Origin: Bacteroidales bacterium
Lineage (GTDB): Bacteria > Bacteroidota > Bacteroidia > Bacteroidales > VadinHA17
NCBI GenBank assembly: GCA_963668715.1
Contig: OY764960.1
Span: 3,255,423 to 3,319,422, forward strand
DNA length: 64,000 nucleotides
Direction of reading: 5' to 3'
Positions within the stretch are counted from its first letter, which is position 1. Every line of letters begins with the position of its first letter. Position numbers and translations under genes: made by a program. The notes below the pieces were generated by a model. The model was not told where the DNA came from. It did no database searches and saw nothing but the letters and a program-made list of their open reading frames with translations. Positions 58,766 through 64,000 of the stretch are shown here, piece by piece.

Positions 58766-59740
58766 ATGGAATATTCAATAACAAGCAGTGAATTAGGACA
58801 GTTTTACAATAATCGACACACCCAAAATTGTACGGATAAAATGTGTTTTTATACACGGGACGAAATAGATACAGATTTTCTGAGAATGTCTGTAAGCGAA
58901 TGGAAAACACATGATATAAAGGCTCATCTGATTCGCACGAAGGCACAACATGACGTTCATATAAAGGGTGGAATACGCGGGGAATTTGCCGTGCTTCATT
59001 TTGTTTGTGAAGGAGAGACAAAGATTGATAAGACTAAGGCTTTGCCATCTGTTATTAACAAAAACACGAATAATTTTTTCTGTTCAATTACTGAAGATAT
59101 CGGACATTCGTTTAAGCAAGGCAGAAACAATATTTATTTCAGGGTTTTTCTTCCGTACAGTTATATCAATGCCAGGGCAGAACAACATCCTAATGTCTTT
59201 GGGGCATTACAAATGATGATAGCAAACAGGTGTCCTGTTTTGCGGGAGAGCAATCTGACAACTACCCTTGAAATGAAAACGGTTATAGAGCAAATAAAGA
59301 ATGCCCATGATATGGGAACACTTGCATCTTTTTATTTTGAGACTAAGGTTCAGGAACTCTTAACCCTCCAATTACAGCAAATAAATAAGATTGATTGTTT
59401 GGAATGCAAATATCATATCTATTATCAGAAACAGCTAAACGAGGCAAGAAACCTTATTGAAGCCTGTTACCAAACACCTCCGACTATTGCCCAACTGGCA
59501 CAGGAAGTGGGAATGAGCGAAACGGTGCTGAAAACGAATTTTAAGAATTGTTTTGGTACAACGATATACGGTTATTTATTCGAGTACCGTATGAATATCG
59601 CCAAAAAACTTTTATCAGACAGCAGCATGACTATTGCCGAAATAGGAGATCAGACCGGCTATAGACATCCATCGCATTTTACTACTGCTTTTAAACGGAA
59701 ATTTGGGCTTAATCCCGTGGAGTATAGGAGAAGGGCATAG
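58766..59740 (+). CDS. AraC/XylS-family transcriptional regulator (YbtA/PchR-like size and position)
   Basis: The C-terminal double HTH is TIAQLAQEVGMSETVLKTNFKNCFG ... TIAEIGDQTGYRHPSHFTTAFKRKFGLNP. It is divergent from the uptake operon. Confidence 0.85.
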   Translation: MEYSITSSELGQFYNNRHTQNCTDKMCFYTRDEIDTDFLRMSVSEWKTHDIKAHLIRTKAQHDVHIKGGIRGEFAVLHFVCEGETKIDKTKALPSVINKNTNNFFCSITEDIGHSFKQGRNNIYFRVFLPYSYINARAEQHPNVFGALQMMIANRCPVLRESNLTTTLEMKTVIEQIKNAHDMGTLASFYFETKVQELLTLQLQQINKIDCLECKYHIYYQKQLNEARNLIEACYQTPPTIAQLAQEVGMSETVLKTNFKNCFGTTIYGYLFEYRMNIAKKLLSDSSMTIAEIGDQTGYRHPSHFTTAFKRKFGLNPVEYRRRA

Positions 59741-60530
59741 AGAGAAGTCTTTCTCCGGATCAGGAGATTGCTTCGCTTCGCTCAGCGATCTCCTTTGGGA
59801 GTGATTCAAAGAAAAAAGATCTTTCACCGGATCAGGAGATTGCTTCGCTTCGCTCAGCGATCTCCTTTGGGAGTGATTCAAAGAGAAAAGACCTTTCACC
59901 GGATCAGGAGATTGCTTCGCTTCGCTCAGCGATCTCCTTTGGGAGTGATTCAAAGAGAAAAGACCTTTCACCGGATCAGGAGATTGCTTCGCTTCGCTCA
60001 GCGATCTCCTTTGGGAGTGATTCAAAGAGAAAAGACCTTTCACCGGATCAGGAGATTGCTTCGCTTCGCTCAGCGATCTCCTTTGGGAGTGATTCAAAGA
60101 GAAAAGACCTTTCACCGGATCAGGAGATTGCTTCGCTTCGCTCAGCGATCTCCTTTGGGAGTGATTCAAAGAAAAAAGATCTTTCACCGGATCAGGAGAT
60201 TGCTTCGCTTCGCTCAGCGATCTCCTTTGGGAGTGATTCAAAGAAAAAAGATCTTTCACCGGATCAGGAGATTGCTTCGCTTCGCTCAGCGATCTCCTTT
60301 GGGAGTGATTCAAAGAGAAAAGACCTTTCACCGGATCAGGAGATTGCTTCGCTTCGCTCAGCGATCTCCTTTGGGAGTGATTCAAAAAGAAAAGACCTTT
60401 CACCGGATCAGGAGATTGCTTCGCTTCGCTCAGCGATCTCCTTTGGGAGTGATTCAAAGAGAAAAGATCTTTCACCGGATCAGGAGATTGCTTCGCTTCG
60501 CTCAGCGATCTCCTTTGGGAGTGATTCAAA
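59741..60530. repeat. tandem array of a 72-bp unit (~10.8 copies, near-identical), each unit containing a 9-bp-stem hairpin
   Basis: Unit starts are at 59755, 59827, 59899 ... 60475, spaced exactly 72 nt. The unit is CCGGATCAGGAGATTGCTTCGCTTCGCTCAGCGATCTCCTTTGGGAGTGATTCAAAGAGAAAAGACCTTTCA. GGAGATTGC / GCGATCTCC forms a stem with one G-U. Variation is confined to three positions in the A-rich tail. Confidence 0.95.
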
Positions 60531-60610
60531 CATAAAAAGCCTGTCATTCACTTCGTTCATTTACGGATTTTATTTTTATGTCACTTACAAAAACAAGTTT
60601 TTGACGCTCC

Positions 60611-60652
60611 ATAAAAAGTAAAACCCGACACCTTACGGTGTCAGGCTTTTTG
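60611..60652 (-). terminator. rho-independent terminator after tRNA-Pro (bidirectional shape)
   Basis: The minus-strand stem-loop CCUGACACC-GUAA-GGUGUCGGG is followed by UUUUACUUUUU. The plus strand also has a T-run after the stem. Confidence 0.65.
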
Positions 60653-60658
60653 TGTTTG

Positions 60659-60733
60659 TCGGGATGGGGAGATTTGAACTCCCGGCCCCTCGCCCCCCAG
60701 ACGAGTACTCTAACCGGACTGAGCTACATCCCG
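60659..60733 (-). tRNA. tRNA-Pro (anticodon GGG)
   Basis: Manual cloverleaf, 75 nt with no encoded CCA. Acceptor stem CGGGATG/CATCCCG, D stem GCTC/GAGT, anticodon stem CTCGT/GCGAG, anticodon loop CTGGGGG. Variable loop GGGCC, T arm GGGAG-TTCAAAT-CTCCC, discriminator A. Confidence 0.85.
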
Positions 60734-60790
60734 CTCTGTTCTCCGTAGCCCCGATGTCTCGGGACGAAGGAGGGCTGTAATAAGCTTCGC

Positions 60791-60846
60791 AAAAATAGTA
60801 AGAAAAGATAAAAGACAAAAGTAAAAAGATAAAAGAGAGCAGAGTG
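60791..60846. repeat. AAAGANA heptamer module upstream of tRNA-Pro
   Basis: AGTAAGA AAAGATA AAAGACA AAAGTAA AAAGATA AAAGAGA is the purine-rich equivalent of the TTTTGTC module. On the tRNA strand it ends in TATTTTTG, which fits a Bacteroidota -7 box. Confidence 0.7.
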
Positions 60847-60951
60847 TTAATAATTTGCCCACCGGGCAAATTTATCGCCACCTTTGACAAATCTTCGGTG
60901 GTCAGTGGAGTAGCCGGACAAAGGGAAGATACAAAGGAAAAAGTCATTTAA

Positions 60952-60973
60952 GTAGAAGAAAAGAAACTTCTAC
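60952..60973 (-). terminator. hairpin just downstream of the third permease gene
   Basis: Perfect 7-bp stem GTAGAAG / CTTCTAC with an 8-nt loop, 17 nt after the stop. A weak T-rich tail follows on the minus strand. Confidence 0.4.
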
Positions 60974-60989
60974 TGCTTGATATGCCTGA

Positions 60990-63344
60990 TTATTCAGATC
61001 TGAGGGTTTCCGCCGGATTACGGCTGGCTTCACGGAATGTGGCAAGTACGATGGAGATAAGGCCGGTTAATAATGTAATTAGTCCGGCAGCAATTATGAT
61101 CCATGCCCTGATACCCGCTTTATATTCAAAGTTGGTGAGCCAGCTTTTCATTATAAGTATTGTGGGTGGAGTAGCCAGTACAATTGCTATTGCTATCCAG
61201 ATAAGAAGCTCACCTGAAAACCTTGTGATTATAGTACTGATCAAAGCGCCATTGACCTTTCGTACTCCTATTTCCTTCTTTCTGCTTTGTGATGAAAAAG
61301 TTGCCAGCCCGAAAAGCCCCAGTCCCGAAATGATTATTGCCAGAAGAGATAGAACAAGAAAAATTGTATTAAGATTACGCTCGGTATAATACTGGCTTCT
61401 TAATGATTCATCCAGTGATATTATATTATGGGGATTACCGGGATCTTCGCCGGAAAATATCTGCTCAATCCGGGACCTGATATTATTATTAAGAGGACTG
61501 TCCAGTCTGATTATCATTATTTCATCACCTCCGGATTTATTATACTGAGAGATAAAGATAGGCTGTATCTTGTTATGAACAGAACCTGTATGAAAGTCCT
61601 GTAACACTCCTGTCACTTCGTACTCCCTGCCGTTTCTTTTAATAGTTTTACCTAAAGGGTCCTTCCATCCGGCGGTATTAACAAAGGTTTTGTTTATTAT
61701 AGCTTTAAGTCTACCTTCTGTTTCATCTGTAAAATCACGACCGCTTTCCAGTTTCATCCCCAGGGTGCCTATATAGTCCTTGTCTACATATACTGCATTA
61801 GACATCATTGGCTTATCCATACCTTCAACCATGTATCCGTTTGAAGTGAATCCCATGCCAGGCATACCCCCTGTCGCCGTGCTGACAGAGCTTATGCCAG
61901 GTACTGAAAGAAGCTCTTCCTTGATTATGCCTGACCTTTGGGCAGACTGTTCGCTCAAATATGAATACAATAGATTTTTATCTGAAAAACCGCGGTCTAT
62001 GTTTTGAATAAACTTCATTTGTGAATAAATAACAAGACAGATAATAATAAGGCTTATTGATAAGGCAAACTGAAAGGTTACGAGAATATTTCTTGACAAC
62101 TGCCGCCGTTTGCCCCCTGCAATAGTCCTTAATATTGACATTGGAGGAATTGCTGAAAGATACCAGGAGGAATAGAAGCTGGCAAGAAATACGCATGTTG
62201 ACCATAACAACACAACAATCAGGAACCATTCAAAACCCGGGATTAAAGAGAAGCTTAGTTCAGAGCCAATAAGGATATTGAAGTACTTAAGCAGGGCTTT
62301 GGCAAGCAAAAGAGAAAAAATAATTGAAATAAGTATGGAAAGGCCCGATTCGGATATGAATAATATAATAAGCCTCTTCCTTTCCGAACCGTATATCTTC
62401 CTGATACTTACCTCCTTTGACCTTTTTATTGAAAGAGCAGTGCTTATATTAACAAAGTTAAAGCAGGCAGTCATCAATATAAGCAGCCCGACAAGTGAGA
62501 ATGATACTATACGCTTCCAACTACCGGTATCGCTGTAATCGAAGTCCGTATCGGATCCTAAATGAATGTCTCTCAGCGGCTGGAAATACGGGACAATCTC
62601 AAAACCGCCTTTAAGATAACTCTCGTTGATCACTTCAAATAAATATGCCTTAATATCTGATAGTAATTTATCAACAGATGAGCCTGGTATTAACTTCAGA
62701 AAAGTCTGGCATTCAAGTCCCCCGTCCCATCCGACATACCGTTCCTGTTCAAGAATCGACATTAAAGCCACTGTTTCGAATTGAATACTGCTGTTTACAG
62801 GAGGATCAGCAGCTATTGCGCTGACAACAAATTCTCTGTTATTGATCTCGATTATCTTATTAACCGGATTTTCCCCGGCAAATATCCTGGTTGCTGTAGA
62901 ATGTGAAAGAACTATCATGTCAGGCGCTGAGAGGCAGGTTAATTTATTTCCTGTAATTAACGGGAAATTAAGCATATTGAAGAAGTTGCTGTCGGCATAG
63001 ACTATGTCAACATGATAGAAGTTATTATTATATTTGATGTCAGCTTTTAAAGGCCTTACCCTGAGATAATCTTCAATAACCGGAAAATTAGCCTTGAATT
63101 CAGGGCCTGCAGGTGCATTTATTGAACCCATATTAATATCCCTGTTAGGTGTTTTCATTATATGGTTTACCCTGTAGATATTTTCATATCCGGTGTGAAA
63201 ACGGTCGTAACCGGTTTCAGCTTTAACCCATAAAAGTATAAGTATAACAAAGGTCAGTCCAGTGGCAAGTCCAATAATGTTTATTAATGAATATGGCCGG
63301 TGATTAATAATTGACCGGTAACTGGTTTTTAAGATATTAAACAT
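60990..63344 (-). CDS. double-FtsX / MacB-type ABC transporter permease (third intact paralogue)
   Basis: The start is placed at MFNILKTSYRSIINHRPYSLINIIGLATGL (canonical family N-terminus); the ORF is open from 63386. The FtsX blocks are SIRKIYGSERKRL and GVRKVNGALISTI. It ends ...PAETLRSE. Confidence 0.85.
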   Translation of the reverse strand: MFNILKTSYRSIINHRPYSLINIIGLATGLTFVILILLWVKAETGYDRFHTGYENIYRVNHIMKTPNRDINMGSINAPAGPEFKANFPVIEDYLRVRPLKADIKYNNNFYHVDIVYADSNFFNMLNFPLITGNKLTCLSAPDMIVLSHSTATRIFAGENPVNKIIEINNREFVVSAIAADPPVNSSIQFETVALMSILEQERYVGWDGGLECQTFLKLIPGSSVDKLLSDIKAYLFEVINESYLKGGFEIVPYFQPLRDIHLGSDTDFDYSDTGSWKRIVSFSLVGLLILMTACFNFVNISTALSIKRSKEVSIRKIYGSERKRLIILFISESGLSILISIIFSLLLAKALLKYFNILIGSELSFSLIPGFEWFLIVVLLWSTCVFLASFYSSWYLSAIPPMSILRTIAGGKRRQLSRNILVTFQFALSISLIIICLVIYSQMKFIQNIDRGFSDKNLLYSYLSEQSAQRSGIIKEELLSVPGISSVSTATGGMPGMGFTSNGYMVEGMDKPMMSNAVYVDKDYIGTLGMKLESGRDFTDETEGRLKAIINKTFVNTAGWKDPLGKTIKRNGREYEVTGVLQDFHTGSVHNKIQPIFISQYNKSGGDEIMIIRLDSPLNNNIRSRIEQIFSGEDPGNPHNIISLDESLRSQYYTERNLNTIFLVLSLLAIIISGLGLFGLATFSSQSRKKEIGVRKVNGALISTIITRFSGELLIWIAIAIVLATPPTILIMKSWLTNFEYKAGIRAWIIIAAGLITLLTGLISIVLATFREASRNPAETLRSE

Positions 63345-63369
63345 TGAGGTTCTGATTTTAAAACAGCCA

Positions 63370-63385
63370 TCCAATTTATTTGCCA
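63370..63385 (-). promoter_or_regulatory. sigma54 -24/-12-like box upstream of the third permease
   Basis: The minus-strand sequence is TGGCAAATAAATTGGA (GG-N10-GG; consensus GC). It lies 25 nt before the preferred ATG and inside the N-terminal extension of the raw ORF. Confidence 0.3.
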
Positions 63386-63499
63386 AAAAACGTAAGTTGT
63401 TTATAATTATCTGCTTAACAATAAATAAGTAACATCAAATAATCCTGTTGTGTAATGAATCTGTACACATGTGTAGCTTTTTAATACTGGAATGATGGG

Positions 63500-63704
63500 C
63501 AGTCCGCAGTCCACAGTCAGCAGTCCGCAGTCCGCAGTCCACAGTCAGCAGTCCGCAGTCCGCAGTCCACAGTCCGCAGTCACAGTCCACAGTCACAGTC
63601 CACAGTCCGCAGTCCGCAGTCCACAGTCAGCAGTCCGCAGTCCGCAGTCCACAGTCCGCAGTCACAGTCCACAGTCACAGTCCACAGTCCGCAGTCCGCA
63701 GTCC
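63500..63704. repeat. array of ~29 NNCAGTC heptamers
   Basis: CAGTCCG / CAGTCCA / CAGTCAG words run uninterrupted for ~205 nt. The array ends in the 18-mer TCCACAATGTTAATTGGT, which also occurs at 11400-11417. Confidence 0.9.
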
Positions 63705-63788
63705 ACAATGTTAATTGGTGTATTAGTATATGAAAAGCTAAACGTTTTGTTAACTAATCAATTAAAAATTAATATTGCAGACAGAATT

Positions 63789-63825
63789 GACTGAAGACTG
63801 AGGACTGAAGACTGAGGACTTTTTT
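63789..63825. repeat. inverted short array of the same heptamer (GACTGAA/GACTGAG x4.5) followed by a T-run
   Basis: GACTGAAGACTGAGGACTGAAGACTGAGGACT is the reverse-complement type of the CAGTC heptamers 85 nt upstream. A hand-paired 13-nt segment (CAGUCCGCAGUCC with GGACUGAGGACUG) gives 12 of 13 pairs. Confidence 0.85.
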
Positions 63826-63846
63826 CTGCTTCCATCGTTCCAGTAT

Positions 63847-64000
63847 TTAGATACTTATGATCATAGTTGTTCCTTCTTCCGGTGATGATTTCACCGTTAT
63901 GCTTCCCTTGTGCATATTGATGATCTGCCGCGACAGGCTGAGCCCTATGCCGTTTCCTTTTGTTCTGGTAGTGAAAAACGGGATGAAAATTCTTTCAAGA
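63847..64000 (-). CDS. C-terminal end of a sensor histidine kinase (5' part outside window)
   Basis: The minus-strand translation is ...LERIFIPFFTTRTKGNGIGLSLSRQIINMHKGSITVKSSPEEGTTMIISI*. This parallels the C-termini of the kinases at 22230 and 29119 (...FIPFFTTRKEGSGIGLSVVRQIMSKHNGSVRVNSEP...). Confidence 0.75.
   Translation of the reverse strand, partial: LERIFIPFFTTRTKGNGIGLSLSRQIINMHKGSITVKSSPEEGTTMIISI

Noticed and set aside
59741-60530. CRISPR array interpretation of the 72-bp periodic hairpin repeats.
   Set aside because: The segments between the hairpins are themselves near-identical in every unit, so there are no unique spacers. No cas genes are in the window.
59615-60547. Long ORFs on both strands through the 72-bp array: 310 aa on the minus strand with a 24-aa repeat (LNHSQRRSLSEAKQSPDPVKGLFS), and 255 aa on the plus strand.
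   Set aside because: They are open only because 72 is a multiple of 3 and the unit lacks stops in those frames; about two of six frames are expected open by chance. The minus ORF runs antisense into the AraC gene. There is no signal peptide or known domain, and the unit is dominated by nucleic-acid hairpins.
43469-60733. Genomic island integrated at the 3' end of tRNA-Pro that would carry the iron-uptake locus.
   Set aside because: No integrase gene was found. No direct repeat of the tRNA 3' end was found elsewhere in the window; only a 7-nt GGAGATT coincidence with the tandem unit. No obvious compositional break is visible.
60633-60947. 104-aa minus-strand ORF.
   Set aside because: It overlaps tRNA-Pro, its terminator and the heptamer module, so it is spurious.
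63492-63794. 100-aa ORF encoding SPQSAV-type repeats.
   Set aside because: It is an artefact of translating the NNCAGTC heptamer array. The 7-nt period cycles through frames, and there is no start context or domain.

Overview
The window looks like a chromosomal segment of a Bacteroidota genome. This call is inferred from gene content only: a SusC/SusD pair, TonB receptors with carboxypeptidase-regulatory N-domains, a FISUMP domain, LytTR and sigma54 regulators, and ~800-aa double-FtsX permeases. Left to right: (1) 0-10.8 kb holds secreted hydrolase/peptidase genes mixed with decayed gene fragments. (2) 10.9-13.3 kb is a non-coding zone with two copies of a 186-bp element, concatenated short-period low-complexity modules that each avoid one nucleotide, and an IS110/IS1111-family insertion sequence with a structured non-coding tail. 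(3) 13.3-22.2 kb holds SusC/SusD, xylB-xylA and an esterase. (4) 22.2-32.9 kb holds two paralogous sets of a loop-less (intramembrane-type) histidine kinase, a sigma54-dependent response regulator and a double-FtsX/MacB permease, with a -24/-12-like box in front of each permease. (5) 32.9-41.2 kb holds a TolC-adaptor-RND operon ending in a P-II-like gene, plus a divergent LytS/LytTR pair. (6) ~42.3 kb is a deletion scar joining an RND 3' fragment to an OmpR-type 3' fragment. (7) Next come a DtxR/MntR-type repressor, gpmA and a putative metal transporter. (8) 45.7-59.7 kb is a minus-strand metallophore-uptake-like gene train with a divergent AraC regulator. It comprises a PepSY protein, a methyltransferase, a Cys protein, a TonB receptor, two exporter-fold ABC proteins, a small permease and a 1341-aa double-activase/dehydratase-like fusion. 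(9) An 11-unit 72-bp hairpin tandem array is followed by tRNA-Pro(GGG). (10) A third permease/kinase set is separated by inverted heptamer arrays. The best candidates for something undescribed are the sigma54-wired kinase/regulator/FtsX-permease modules (a possible Bacteroidota counterpart of Bce-type sensing-detoxification modules), the three-letter-alphabet heptamer/octamer/decamer intergenic module family (one copy is an IS110-family target), the candidate guide RNA of that IS, the 72-bp hairpin array, and the ATP-driven Fe-S reductase-like fusion inside an iron-uptake locus. All functional calls come from reading motifs in the translations; no database search was possible.
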